DNA of 63,369 nucleotides, filler included, from a bacterium (GTDB lineage: Bacteria > JBBIVP01): assembly GCA_037439705.1 (NCBI GenBank). It is 11 parts of 11 records of this genome, joined end to end, with 100 filler letters (N's around TTAATTAATTAA, not from the genome) between each part and the next. Parts side by side here need not be neighbours in the genome. Positions count along the whole stretch, not along the records: positions 35,157 to 40,834 come from JBBIVP010000143.1; positions 40,935 to 46,576 come from JBBIVP010000145.1; positions 46,677 to 52,239 come from JBBIVP010000146.1; 8 more parts are not named here. The stretch is one strand, 5' to 3'. Position numbers and translations under genes: made by a program. Positions 39,297 to 49,758 of the stretch are shown piece by piece; the stretch's first letter is position 1, and every line of letters begins with the position of its first letter. The notes below the pieces were generated by a model. The model was given only the letters and a program-made list of their open reading frames with translations, was not told the origin of the DNA and searched no databases.

Positions 39297-40457
39297 ATGC
39301 TTTTCGTCTTTTTCTTTTTAACCATTCCCTGGTTGACATTATGGTTAATGGGGATTCATCCATCTCCTTTGAATCAGGCACTTTTTTCAGGGCTGGCAAT
39401 AGTTGGAGCGGGATACATTCTTTCTGAATTCTCCGAGATAGCCCAGCTTGATATCTCAAAAGGATTTGCCCTTGCTATCATAGCCTTTATTGCAGTTCTT
39501 CCCGAGTATGTGGTGGACCTTTATTTTGCATGGATGGCTCCCAAACATCCACATTACGCTTCTTATGCAGCTGCTAACATGACCGGAGCAAACAGGCTTC
39601 TCATAGGATTTGGATGGTCCATTATTGTTTTTCTTAATTTTTTAAAAACCAAGAAGAAGGAGGTGGTACTTCAAGAGGGCTTCCGATGGGAAATAGCAAT
39701 CCTTGCAGTTGCAACCCTATATTCCTTTTCAATCCCCATAAGAGGGCATCTTTCTTTTGTGGACGCCATTTTTCTTATAGGTTTGTTTGGATTTTATGTT
39801 TATAAAACTGCAAGGGGAAAGGTTGAGGAGATTGAAGTTGAAACATTTATTTTCCAGTTCATGGAGTCCATTTCCAAAGTCAAAAGGGTAATTTTAATAA
39901 CAATTGGATTCCTCTACGGAGGTTTTATAGTTTTTATATCCGCAGAGCACTTTGCGGAAGGATTGTTAAAGGTGGGAGAATCTTTCAAAATAGAAAAGTT
40001 TCTTCTTGTTCAGTGGCTTGCTCCTCTTGCTTCGGAATCTCCAGAACTTATTGTTGCAATTTTCTTTGTTCTTAAAAGAAAAGCGGAAAACGGTTTGGGG
40101 ATGCTCGTTTCATCAAAGATAAATCAGTGGACCCTTCTGATTGGATGCATCCCTGTTGTTTACGGAATTTCCGGACTGACCCTTCATCCCCTTGAATTGG
40201 ATATGAGGCAGAATGAGGAGATTTTGTTAACATCCGCCCAGTCTCTTTTCGCACTCGTTATTCTGTCCGAACTTGACCTTGACCTGAAAGAGGCAGTTCT
40301 TCTATTTCTATTATTTTTCGTTCAACTTCTCCTTCCCAATCCCCATACCCGCCTTATTTTCTCCTTTATCTACCTCGGATTTTCTTTTCTTTTCTTTATT
40401 GGCTCAAAAAGAAAAAGGACTGGATTTTTTACTCTGAGAAAAGGTCTCAAATTTTAG
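39297..40457 (+). CDS. CaCA-family Na+/Ca2+ (cation) antiporter
   Basis: Alpha repeats AVLPEY..ANMTGAN and LASESPE..SSKINQ; about 11 TM segments. Confidence 0.85.
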   Translation: MLFVFFFLTIPWLTLWLMGIHPSPLNQALFSGLAIVGAGYILSEFSEIAQLDISKGFALAIIAFIAVLPEYVVDLYFAWMAPKHPHYASYAAANMTGANRLLIGFGWSIIVFLNFLKTKKKEVVLQEGFRWEIAILAVATLYSFSIPIRGHLSFVDAIFLIGLFGFYVYKTARGKVEEIEVETFIFQFMESISKVKRVILITIGFLYGGFIVFISAEHFAEGLLKVGESFKIEKFLLVQWLAPLASESPELIVAIFFVLKRKAENGLGMLVSSKINQWTLLIGCIPVVYGISGLTLHPLELDMRQNEEILLTSAQSLFALVILSELDLDLKEAVLLFLLFFVQLLLPNPHTRLIFSFIYLGFSFLFFIGSKRKRTGFFTLRKGLKF

Positions 40458-40560
40458 TAAATTTGCATGTTTAAAGTCAGGTCTTACCTTTTCCATGGTG
40501 GTGAGTTCTGTCTGTGCTTCTACAACACAATTTTTTTCCTTTATATTTTTACTTTTCTTT

Positions 40561-40785
40561 GTTGAGCAGTAATGTTAAAAATTTTGGTTACAGTAGGCAC
40601 TATAAATTACTAAAAAATCTCAGTGTTCCAGTGCCACCCCTTGAAACCCAGCGCCGCATAGCTTCTTACCTCAAAGAAAAAATGTCTTATGCAGAAAAAC
40701 TCCGCACTGAAACTGAAAAGCAATTAGAAGCAATAAACGCCTTGCCTCGGGCAATTTTAAGAAAGGCTTCAGGGGGTAACTGTAA
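40561..40785 (+). pseudogene. type I restriction-modification HsdS C-terminal remnant
   Basis: VPVPPLETQRRIASYL...LPRAILRKA; the canonical AF.GEL* end is disrupted by a frameshift and stop. Confidence 0.7.
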
Positions 40786-40834
40786 AAAAACACAACATTT
40801 ACTTGACAAAATTTCTTACAATAATATAATATAG

Positions 40835-40934
40835 NNNNNNNNNNNNNNNNNNNNNNNNNNNNNNNNNNNNNNNNNNNNTTAATTAATTAANNNNNNNNNN
40901 NNNNNNNNNNNNNNNNNNNNNNNNNNNNNNNNNN
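40835..40934. other. artificial contig linker
   Basis: N44-TTAATTAATTAA-N44. Confidence 0.98.
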
Positions 40935-41058
40935 TTGTAAATCTGTAAAAGACAGGTTTTTCAAGAAGGGAGGGGAAGGCGTCCAGAAAAATAAACCAAA
41001 AAATCAAGTTAACAACATTCCGTTGAAGAAATATGAAATTTCTGATATCTTTATAATA

Positions 41059-41235
41059 ATGGCTTACAAGGTGATTGAGATTTCAACCGTTACAGCGGAA
41101 GAAATTGAAAAGGTTTTGAATGAATGGACGGAGAAGGGATGGAAACTTGATAGGATTCTATTTGCTGTAAAAGAAAGCCAGAAAAGACCATCCATGGCAT
41201 TCATAATCTTTGAAGACAAAAAAGATGCTGAGTAA
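41059..41235 (+). CDS. DUF4177-like small protein
   Basis: MAYKVIE..IEKVLNEWTEKGWKL pattern. Confidence 0.65.
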   Translation: MAYKVIEISTVTAEEIEKVLNEWTEKGWKLDRILFAVKESQKRPSMAFIIFEDKKDAE

Positions 41236-41620
41236 TTACATAATCAAAAGGCTTCTTGCAAAGGTAATAGATGGAAGTATTTTTTTTCTCTGTGTTTTTA
41301 TTCTCGGTTTCATAGGAATAATTCTCGGAGGAGCATACATTCTTTTTTCGGATACAGGAAATGGGTTTTCCGTTGGTAAAAAGGTCACAGGTTTGAAGGT
41401 AATAATGACTGATGGAAAGGAGCCTTCTTTTAAAGCCTCTGCCATAAGAAATGCTCCTATACTCCTCACCTTTATTTCCATCTACATTCCCTTTCTCGGG
41501 ATTATATTCCTTTTTTTTGCTTTTTCGTTCATCATTTTTGAGATATATCTGATCTGGAAGGAACCGGAAAGACAGAGGTTCGGAGACCTCATCGCTTCTA
41601 CAAAGGTTATCCAGAGGTGA
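41225..41620 (+). CDS. RDD family membrane protein
   Basis: KRLLAKVID, SVGKK..GLKV, IRN, QRFGDLIAST. Confidence 0.88.
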   Translation: MLSNYIIKRLLAKVIDGSIFFLCVFILGFIGIILGGAYILFSDTGNGFSVGKKVTGLKVIMTDGKEPSFKASAIRNAPILLTFISIYIPFLGIIFLFFAFSFIIFEIYLIWKEPERQRFGDLIASTKVIQR

Positions 41621-43671
41621 GAAGATTTTTTATCTTTCTCATTCTCTTTTTTATTTCCTGTGAAAAAAGAATAATTCTGGAGAGGGAAAAGAAACCTGAG
41701 AGCCCTCTTACGGAAATATCCATCAAAGAAGGGGTGGAACTTTTCAATACCATGAGGTTCAAGAAGTCAGCGGTACTTTTTCTCAAAAATCTATCAACAG
41801 TTCCTGATGACTGGAAACTGAATTTTCTGGCAGGACTTTCTCTTCTTAAAGCAGGAAAACCTAAATATGCAAAAAAATATCTCTCCCGTGCACTTGAGCT
41901 TTCCGGAGAAATAAAGGATTACATCCATTACTATCTGGCACAAACTTTTTTTGAAAATGAAGAGATGGAAGCCTCAATTGAAGCGATTGAGGTTTTAAAG
42001 ACTTTTGAAGATTCTTCTGTGTTATGTGATGGACTTTTACTCAAAATAAAAGCCTTTTACCGAATGGAGTTTTATGATGAGGCATTAATAAGCATTGAAG
42101 ACGAATACCTTAAGTCCTGTCCCGAAAGAACGGAGATAGAAATCATTGAGGCAAAAATTCATTGTAGGAGAGGAGAGATTGAGAAAGCAAAGGAGAAACT
42201 GGTGAGATTGTGGATGAAAAGGGATTTTTCTCTTCAGAACCTTAATGAACTGACTGAAGAATGTGGTGAGGAAATTGAAATAGCAATAACCGAAGAAATG
42301 GTCATACAGAAGATGAAAAAATTGATGGAAGAGGAGAGGTATGCTGATGCCCTTTCAACAGGAGAAAGATTTTTTAAAGAACCAAATCCAGTTTCCCAAT
42401 TTCTTGCCGGAAAGGCACTCTATTACTTAAGGAGGCTTCAGGATTCAAAGAAAAAGCTGGAAGATTCATTGAATTCCCTTCCCCCTCCTATGAAATGTGA
42501 AGCGGAATTCTTCCTCGGAAAAATTGAAGAAAGGATGGGAAAAGAAGAGGCTTTTGAAATTTACAGAAGGGTTTATGAAAAATATCCTGATTGCGAGTTT
42601 CAGGACAACGCTCTCTTCAAGATGGCAATTCTAAAAAGGGATGAGAACATTTTCAAAGCATTCATTGAAAAATTTCCCACATCAGACCTCCTTCCGGATG
42701 CTTACTGGGAGTTAGCATGGTCTCTAATAAGAAGAAATGACCCCTCTTCTATAACATATCTCATACCTATCACAAACTATAATGGAAAATGGAATTCAAA
42801 GGCAGTTTTCTGGTTAACTGAGGCAATGAGAAGAAACGGAAAAGGAGAAGAAGCGGATAACCTTCTGAAAAATTTTATGGAAAGTTCACCTTCCGATTAC
42901 TACTGGATTGCAGGAAGCTATTATGTAAAAGGAATTACACTTTCAGTAAGCCATGAGGAAAATTTTTATTATGCAGATGCTCCGGTTCCACACCAGAAAG
43001 AGATATCAGTTCTCCTTTCGCTCGGTATTTTTGAACTTATTCAAAAAGAGGTGAACCACATCTTAAGAAATTATCCTGAGAGTGCGAGCGAATTGATTTA
43101 TTCCATCTCCGGGGAATACCCGGATTTTATCTTCGCCCTTAAATCCCTTCCGGTTTCTTTTTATTATCCAGAAGCATATAAAGAGAGCGTTTTGAAATAC
43201 GCACAGGAATTTTCCATTGACCCATTTCTCATTTTCGCAATAATAAAAGCGGAAAGTGCATTTCAGAGATTTGCCATTTCAAGGGCAAATGCGATGGGGG
43301 TGATGCAGATCATAAAACCAACTGCAATTTTTATAACTTCAAACCTTCAGATGGAAAAATTTGAACTTCCTGACATTTTCATTCCGGAAGTAAACATAAG
43401 AATGGGAGCATGGTATCTCAAGTATCTCATTGATAAGTTTTCAGAACTTATCCCTGCCATATCAGCATACAATGCAGGTCCGGAAAATGTAATGAGATGG
43501 TGTTCACAAAACGGAGAAATGAAGACGATTGATTTTATTGAGTCCATTTCATTTTCCGAAACAAGAGACTATGTAAAAAAAATTATATACTATTATGCTG
43601 TTTACAGGAACCTTTATTCTCCACCATTTGAGCCAGAAAAAATTTTTAAAGACACTGCATGCAGGGAATAA
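41617..43671 (+). CDS. TPR-containing soluble lytic murein transglycosylase (Slt-like) lipoprotein
   Basis: Lipobox FISC, TPR-like helices, IKAES, AMGVMQI, AYNAG, ETRDYVKK. Confidence 0.9.
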   Translation: MRRFFIFLILFFISCEKRIILEREKKPESPLTEISIKEGVELFNTMRFKKSAVLFLKNLSTVPDDWKLNFLAGLSLLKAGKPKYAKKYLSRALELSGEIKDYIHYYLAQTFFENEEMEASIEAIEVLKTFEDSSVLCDGLLLKIKAFYRMEFYDEALISIEDEYLKSCPERTEIEIIEAKIHCRRGEIEKAKEKLVRLWMKRDFSLQNLNELTEECGEEIEIAITEEMVIQKMKKLMEEERYADALSTGERFFKEPNPVSQFLAGKALYYLRRLQDSKKKLEDSLNSLPPPMKCEAEFFLGKIEERMGKEEAFEIYRRVYEKYPDCEFQDNALFKMAILKRDENIFKAFIEKFPTSDLLPDAYWELAWSLIRRNDPSSITYLIPITNYNGKWNSKAVFWLTEAMRRNGKGEEADNLLKNFMESSPSDYYWIAGSYYVKGITLSVSHEENFYYADAPVPHQKEISVLLSLGIFELIQKEVNHILRNYPESASELIYSISGEYPDFIFALKSLPVSFYYPEAYKESVLKYAQEFSIDPFLIFAIIKAESAFQRFAISRANAMGVMQIIKPTAIFITSNLQMEKFELPDIFIPEVNIRMGAWYLKYLIDKFSELIPAISAYNAGPENVMRWCSQNGEMKTIDFIESISFSETRDYVKKIIYYYAVYRNLYSPPFEPEKIFKDTACRE

Positions 43672-43728
43672 AATTTTTGTTGAAATCAGATTTTTCTATT
43701 ATATCCTTTAAAAAACAGGAGGTGATTT

Positions 43729-44232
43729 ATGAAGAAATATGTCCTGGCAGGAATGGTGTTACCTCTGCTTTTCTTCCAGAAGGTGAATGCTGGAATTCTC
43801 ACCGCAGGATTAAAAATACCAGCAGGAATAGGTGTGTACTGGAACAACGATACTCTCCTCTTTTCCCAGTTTGGAGTGGGTGGATACTATGAGTTAAAGT
43901 ATAAATTCATAGGATTTGAAATGGACTTTATGTATGAGAGGGATGGAGATGTAGGAAGTGAAAACTTTCAAACCTCGGAGATCTTTAAATTGAACATATA
44001 CGGAAAACTGATAGGTGGACCTTTTTACATCTCTATAGGTCCAGAATTTGCATGGGATAAAATTTGGGATGGGGAAACATTCCTCTCTTTTCTTCTTGGC
44101 TACAATATGGAGATTGCCAATGTTTTGAATCTCATCTTTGAATTTCCAAAGGTCAGCACATCCTTCTGGAATGAGGATTACAAGTATTTTGACCTTCACT
44201 TGAGATTTGGAATCGGAATAACCCTTTTTTAA
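43729..44232 (+). CDS. putative small outer-membrane beta-barrel protein
   Basis: Signal peptide, alternating aromatic strands, C-terminal Phe. Confidence 0.6.
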   Translation: MKKYVLAGMVLPLLFFQKVNAGILTAGLKIPAGIGVYWNNDTLLFSQFGVGGYYELKYKFIGFEMDFMYERDGDVGSENFQTSEIFKLNIYGKLIGGPFYISIGPEFAWDKIWDGETFLSFLLGYNMEIANVLNLIFEFPKVSTSFWNEDYKYFDLHLRFGIGITLF

Positions 44233-44334
44233 CCAGTTCCCCGGATATACTGCTTCTCTCAACAAACTTATACATTATCTTGATTTTTTTAAAAAGAAAT
44301 GATATAATAAAATTATGAAAGAAGGAGGGAAAAG

Positions 44335-45915
44335 ATGAAAAAAGCAATTTTAAGTTTTATTGTTTTTTTCCTGCTTGCGAAGGTTTCTTTCTCCGCCGAA
44401 CCATCTGTTTATATAGTGGCAATTCCTGGAGTAGCAACAAGCTGGGTTTCAAATATAAACGATGTGAGGACTGGTGCTCAGGATGCAGCGAATGTAAGGA
44501 GATTGGCTGTAAACATTGTAAATACCCTTGCTGGATTTATGAGTTTAGTGACAAATCCTCCAAACAATGCAATTGTTCTGAATGCACACGGAGAGGTAAT
44601 TCCATGGGATGGCTCAACCCTTGGGTCATGGAGTGCCTTTCTTCAAAAAATTGCAAGCAATGTAATATATAATTCCTGGAGGTTCGTTCATGTAGCGGGC
44701 TACCCATTTTACTACTGGGCATCAGGAGGAACAGCCAACACAATAGGCGATTCAGGGCTTTCAACATTCCTTCAGGTTGCGGGTTTCAATGCAAACGCAT
44801 GGGGAGGAGATAATCCTGGCTACAAGCTTTTTCTTGGAGAGGATGCTGAAAAACCCTTTGGTCAAACCTTTCCATCATCTGCAAATTTCTCAAGAGCCAT
44901 AACATTTCAAGTAGGGCATCCTGAATACATATTTTATGCAGGTGATTATGAGGATATATGCGCAAAAATTATGGGTTATGGAGCATATGTTCATGTTGAT
45001 GGAAGTAATGTTTCCGATTATACAAAGGGGTATATGGGCATTGTCTACGCATACAGAACATTCTCACCCCCTCCTGAAACATATTATTTGATAAGAATCC
45101 CTGGAATTAGTGGTGGCTGGGCAGACCCGGCGGTTGTAGAAACGGGTGTCGTTGAGGCTCTTACAAAAATGAAGGATTCAGTAAACCTCATAAAGGTTAA
45201 TACGCAGGCAAGGATTATGAGGCTCGTTAATTTCAGCCCTCCTTATGATGTTACAGTAATAAATGCCCATGGTGAAGTAATTCCATGGGATGGATGGTTG
45301 AGGGGTGGAGCAGATGATGTAGCAGGATGTCTCAACTGGATTGACCTCATTGGAGATAGAACAAGGGGATGGGGATGGGAGTTTGTGAATGTGAGCGGTT
45401 ATCCATTTTATTACTGCAGAAAGCCGGATAACACGCAGGTGACAGCAGGAGGTAGCGGTCTTACGAGGTTCTTCTCAAAGATAGGAATAAGCCCATCAAT
45501 AGATGGAGCATCAAAAAATTATACTAAACAGGCAATAGCTCAATATGCAGAATATCCTTTCGGATACCTCTTTCCAACACTTCTTTCAGGCGTAAGGGGT
45601 ATTCAGACCTCTGTATATTGCTCATTTTATAATGACCTCAACGTTTCTCATCTCGCAGCGAAGGTGAATTTTGGTCAAGGAATATATCTTCACATAGATG
45701 GTTCAGGACTTTCAGATACTGATAAAGGAAGGATGGCTGTTGCATTTTCACATTATATATGCACAAAAGCAGGAAGGCTTGCAGGAGTAGAAGCAGGAGG
45801 AGGATGCAGTTGTAAAAATGCAGGAGATAAAAAGCCATTTATCTTAACGGGTTTAATTTTTGCCATAATTCTTTTTCTTTTCACAATTCCATTAAGGATT
45901 CTTTATAAAGAATAA
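44335..45915 (+). CDS. secreted hypothetical protein with a tandem-duplicated ~225-aa domain and C-terminal Cys/TM sorting tag
   Basis: Signal peptide; NAHGEVIPWDG, GYPFYY and Y.H.DGS each occur twice; ends GGGCSC..TM..RILYKE. Confidence 0.85.
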   Translation: MKKAILSFIVFFLLAKVSFSAEPSVYIVAIPGVATSWVSNINDVRTGAQDAANVRRLAVNIVNTLAGFMSLVTNPPNNAIVLNAHGEVIPWDGSTLGSWSAFLQKIASNVIYNSWRFVHVAGYPFYYWASGGTANTIGDSGLSTFLQVAGFNANAWGGDNPGYKLFLGEDAEKPFGQTFPSSANFSRAITFQVGHPEYIFYAGDYEDICAKIMGYGAYVHVDGSNVSDYTKGYMGIVYAYRTFSPPPETYYLIRIPGISGGWADPAVVETGVVEALTKMKDSVNLIKVNTQARIMRLVNFSPPYDVTVINAHGEVIPWDGWLRGGADDVAGCLNWIDLIGDRTRGWGWEFVNVSGYPFYYCRKPDNTQVTAGGSGLTRFFSKIGISPSIDGASKNYTKQAIAQYAEYPFGYLFPTLLSGVRGIQTSVYCSFYNDLNVSHLAAKVNFGQGIYLHIDGSGLSDTDKGRMAVAFSHYICTKAGRLAGVEAGGGCSCKNAGDKKPFILTGLIFAIILFLFTIPLRILYKE

Positions 45916-45968
45916 TTTTTTATTGAAAAGGGAAAAATTGTCCTTATAATTTTAAAAGAGCATGAAAC

Positions 45969-46576
45969 ATGGATTTGAAAGAATTATTTGGAGAAAGGAT
46001 AAAGGATTTTGAAAATTTCCTGAGAGATTACATTTCAAGAATTGATTCTCCGATTTTAAAAGAAGGAATTGAATATGCACTCTTTGGAGAATGCAAAAGG
46101 TTCAGACCACTTCTCGTGTTTGGAAGCTACGAAATTTTTGCGTCAGATAAGGATTCAAAAGGCTTTAAAAAAACATTTCCATTCGCAGGTGCTGTTGAGA
46201 TGGTTCACACATATTCTTTAATCCATGACGACCTTCCGTCAATGGACAATGCGGAAATGAGAAGGGGGAAACCAGCCATTCACAAAAAATTCGGAGAGGG
46301 AATTGCAGTTTTACTCGGCGACGGGCTTCTAACAGAGGCTTTTAGAATTTTCAGCATTGATGATATATGGAATGGAATATCCAGAAATAAAAGGCTTATT
46401 CTTTCAGGAATTCTCGCTGATGCAATAGGATTCAAAGGGATGATAGAAGGACAGGCTATGGACATACTTTATGGAGAATTGAAATCATCGGTTGAAAAAA
46501 TTGCCGAAAAGAAAACAGCAATGCTCATATCTGCTTCCTGTGAGGGAGGGGGGTTCATAAGCGGAGGAAAAAGGGG
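45969..46576 (+). CDS. ispA: polyprenyl (farnesyl/geranylgeranyl) diphosphate synthase, 3' truncated
   Basis: KRFRP, HTYSLIHDDLPSMDN..RRGKP, GDGLL, GQAMD, KTA. Confidence 0.88.
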
Positions 46577-46676
46577 NNNNNNNNNNNNNNNNNNNNNNNN
46601 NNNNNNNNNNNNNNNNNNNNTTAATTAATTAANNNNNNNNNNNNNNNNNNNNNNNNNNNNNNNNNNNNNNNNNNNN
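46577..46676. other. artificial contig linker
   Basis: N44-TTAATTAATTAA-N44. Confidence 0.98.
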
Positions 46677-47518
46677 GAAACGCCGAGTTTCTTGAGATTT
46701 ATTCCCATACTTTCTTCATTTCTTTTTATATCTGCTATTTCTTCAGGTCTCGGATAATATATATCTATTTCACCGCTTTTGAACCTTAAAAACTGAGTGT
46801 TCGTATCCGGAACTATGAGGAGGAGGCGATTTGAAATATATGGAAGTCTTTCTCCATTTTCATCCTTCAGGTAATACTCCGGGTTTTTTTTGTATCTTAT
46901 GAACTGGCTTGGAATATATTCCACCATCGTGTAAGGTCCTGAGCCAATTATTGTTGGAGGAGGTGTGTTTATGTTCCAGAATGTTTCAAATCTTTTTTCT
47001 TCAAGGGATTTTCTCAGGATGTGAGATGGAAGTATGGGAATCATTCCGACACTGGCAAGAAATGGAGCAAATTTCTTTGGAAGGATAAACTCAACTGTTC
47101 TATCGTCACTCACCTCCACCCCAACCCTTTTTCCGTCAACTAAAAGGATATCTTTTAAACTTGTTGAAATGTCCGGAGAGTAAACCAAGTCAATTGTGAA
47201 CTTCACATCGTTTGCTGTTAGAGGTTTTCCATCGCTCCAGATAAGTCCTTTTCTCAGCTTGAACCTCCACCTCAAACCGTTTTCCAAAAATTCGTATGAT
47301 TCTGCAAGTCCTGGTTCAAAATCAAGGGTGTAATAGTTCCTCCTCAAAAGGCTTTCAAAGAGTGGTCCAACTGCTTCTGTGGAACTCGTTTCATCTGCTA
47401 CAACTATGTTAAATGTCTTCGGGTCAGAGATCGTTGATGTTTTCAAAAAGTCCTTGAGTTCAATTCCTTTTGCTTTGCAGGAAAGGATAAGAAAAATAAG
47501 CGGAAATAGTTTTTTCAT
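46677..47518 (-). CDS. ABC transporter substrate-binding lipoprotein, family 5 (peptide/nickel), 3' truncated
   Basis: Lipobox ILSC, DPKTFN, LAESY, LRKGLIWSDG, GSGPY. Confidence 0.9.
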
Positions 47519-48072
47519 TCTATTTCCTCCACTTTGAAATCGGAAGGGATATCAATCGTGAACATCTTTTCCACATCCTCATTAAATTTTGCATCCATTA
47601 TTTTTACCTTCATCCTCCATTTATCCCTTTCCAGTTCAACGATGGATGGAAATTTTATACCATCAAAAATGCGGTATGATTTAATTCTTAATTCTTCTGG
47701 ATTTTCCATTTTGTTTAGAGCGAGTTGTATTAGTTCTTTTATTTTTATCCTTTCTCCTTCTATTTCTATCTCTTCACACCCGCTTGAATGAACCGCCTTT
47801 TTTTCTCCTACAAATAGAAATATGCATGAATTGTCAGAGTATAAATAAACGAATTCAGTTCTTCCAAGTGGTGAAAATAAATCCATTCTTATTCTACTTC
47901 CATCCGTTATTATTGACACTCTTCCATTGAAAAATCCATCTTCTGAAGAAAATTTTATTTCTCCGAAGAGATTTGCAGTTCGGATTTCTTTTACTTGAAG
48001 GTGAGCACAGGAAATGAATAGAAGGACGCTATTTATTATGAGTGCTCTCAAGGGCTTTAAACTTTTCTTCAA
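47515..48072 (-). CDS. LolB-like/DUF4292-like lipoprotein
   Basis: Lipobox FISC, RMDLFSPLG; downstream of a TPR protein as in TPR-lolB loci; true start may be the TTG at 48051. Confidence 0.5.
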   Translation of the reverse strand: MKKSLKPLRALIINSVLLFISCAHLQVKEIRTANLFGEIKFSSEDGFFNGRVSIITDGSRIRMDLFSPLGRTEFVYLYSDNSCIFLFVGEKKAVHSSGCEEIEIEGERIKIKELIQLALNKMENPEELRIKSYRIFDGIKFPSIVELERDKWRMKVKIMDAKFNEDVEKMFTIDIPSDFKVEEIE

Positions 48073-49738
48073 TTCTCTTTCTCTGCTTTTCCCTCAGCCT
48101 TTTTGTGAGAGCTGTTGAATAGGCTTCTCTTGCCTTTTTCAAATTTTTCATTTTTAAATATATATCTCCGAGGTGTTCCCATATCTCACCATCATCTGGT
48201 GACTTCTCAAGTGCCATGTTGATGTAATGAAGTGCCTTTTTGAGTTCTCCCTTTTTGTAATATAGAAATCCAACGCTATCAATTATGTATCCCTCCGAAG
48301 GACTTTTTTCGTAAGCCTTCAGGAGCATTTTCTCAGCTTCTTTTATATTCATATCGTACTCAAGGTAGGTGTATCCAAGAAAATTCAGCACTTCTGCGTT
48401 ATCGGGATGGACTTCAAGAAGTTTTTTTACAACCTCTATTGCCCCATTTACATCTCCAGTTTCTTCAAGGACAGCCCCATAAAGGAGCCCCATTTCTACA
48501 TCGTCCGGATAATAATTGAATCCTTCACCCAGAACCTGTTTTGCCTCTCCAAGTCTGTAATCATCCCTGTAACCGGAACCGAGGACGAGGTACACATCCT
48601 TCATTGCTTTTCCTCTTTTTCTTAACTCTTCAAGAATCTGATAGCCTTTCTGTTTTCCTTCCTCTGTGCCCTCTTCAAAATATATTCCTGCCATCTGAAA
48701 TCTTGCTAACTCATAAAGCGGGTCTGTGGGTTCAAAACTTAAAAATTCATTTAACGCCTTCTCATTTTCTCCAAGTTGGTTCAGACAGTATGCGTGATAG
48801 AGAAGTGCTTTTCTGTTATCGGGGTTTACCCCGAGCACAAATTCAAATTCTTTTAAAGCAGATTCCCATTCGCCCATTTCAAAATAAATAAGTCCCAGTT
48901 TCCATTTTACATCTACTCCAGGAAAGAATTTTTCAATGTCCTGTAGTTGCTTTGCTGCTTCTTCATATTTTCCCTTTGAGATGTACAGATCAGCAAGGCG
49001 ATTTTTAATTTCCTTTATATCAATTCTGCCGAGAAAGGGGATTGTTTCAAGAAGCTGTGAATAGAGTTCTATTGCTTTATCTATGTCAGTCATGGAATAT
49101 AGCTGTGCGAGTTCCAGAAGAGCAGCCTTGAAATCGGGATTTATTTCAGAAGCCCTCTCGTAGTATTTTTTTGCCTCTTCAATTTTTCCCTCCTGAACCG
49201 CAACCTTTGCGAGGTAGTAATAGGCAAGATAGGAAGATGGATTAATTATGATGAGTTCATTAAAATAGTGCTTCGCTTTTGAAAGTTCCCCCTTGAAGAG
49301 GTATATGCTCCCAGTGTAAAGGAGGGCTCTTTCATTTTTCTTATCAATTGAAAGAACTCTATCAAGGTAGTTAAGAGCTTCATCGTTTTTACTCATCGCA
49401 CTTGCAATTTCAGCAGCGGAGAGGAGTATCTCAGTGTTTTGAGGTTCAATTGCTGTAGCCCTTTTTATGAGGGAATATGTTTTTTCTATGTCCCTTTTTC
49501 TTTCAAAATATATTCCAGCCAGTTCAAGAATAGCCCTGGTATTAAATGGTTCAAATTGTAAGAACCCTTCAAAAAACTTTATTGCGGAATCAACATCATC
49601 TTCCATAAGAGCCCATCTTCCCGCAAGATAATAATAGTATCTATTTCTTGGTTCTTGAACTTTCTCTTCCTTTTTCACAGACTTTATGAGGTAGCATGAA
49701 TTAAAAAGGAGAAGAAGGCATATCACAAATTTCTTCAT
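48029..49738 (-). CDS. tetratricopeptide-repeat lipoprotein
   Basis: Lipobox FNSC; many TPRs; LNFLGY, IIDSVG.LYY, EHLGD. Confidence 0.9.
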   Translation of the reverse strand: MKKFVICLLLLFNSCYLIKSVKKEEKVQEPRNRYYYYLAGRWALMEDDVDSAIKFFEGFLQFEPFNTRAILELAGIYFERKRDIEKTYSLIKRATAIEPQNTEILLSAAEIASAMSKNDEALNYLDRVLSIDKKNERALLYTGSIYLFKGELSKAKHYFNELIIINPSSYLAYYYLAKVAVQEGKIEEAKKYYERASEINPDFKAALLELAQLYSMTDIDKAIELYSQLLETIPFLGRIDIKEIKNRLADLYISKGKYEEAAKQLQDIEKFFPGVDVKWKLGLIYFEMGEWESALKEFEFVLGVNPDNRKALLYHAYCLNQLGENEKALNEFLSFEPTDPLYELARFQMAGIYFEEGTEEGKQKGYQILEELRKRGKAMKDVYLVLGSGYRDDYRLGEAKQVLGEGFNYYPDDVEMGLLYGAVLEETGDVNGAIEVVKKLLEVHPDNAEVLNFLGYTYLEYDMNIKEAEKMLLKAYEKSPSEGYIIDSVGFLYYKKGELKKALHYINMALEKSPDDGEIWEHLGDIYLKMKNLKKAREAYSTALTKRLREKQRKRIEEKFKALESTHNK

Positions 49739-49758
49739 AAAAATTAGTCTACCCCTTT

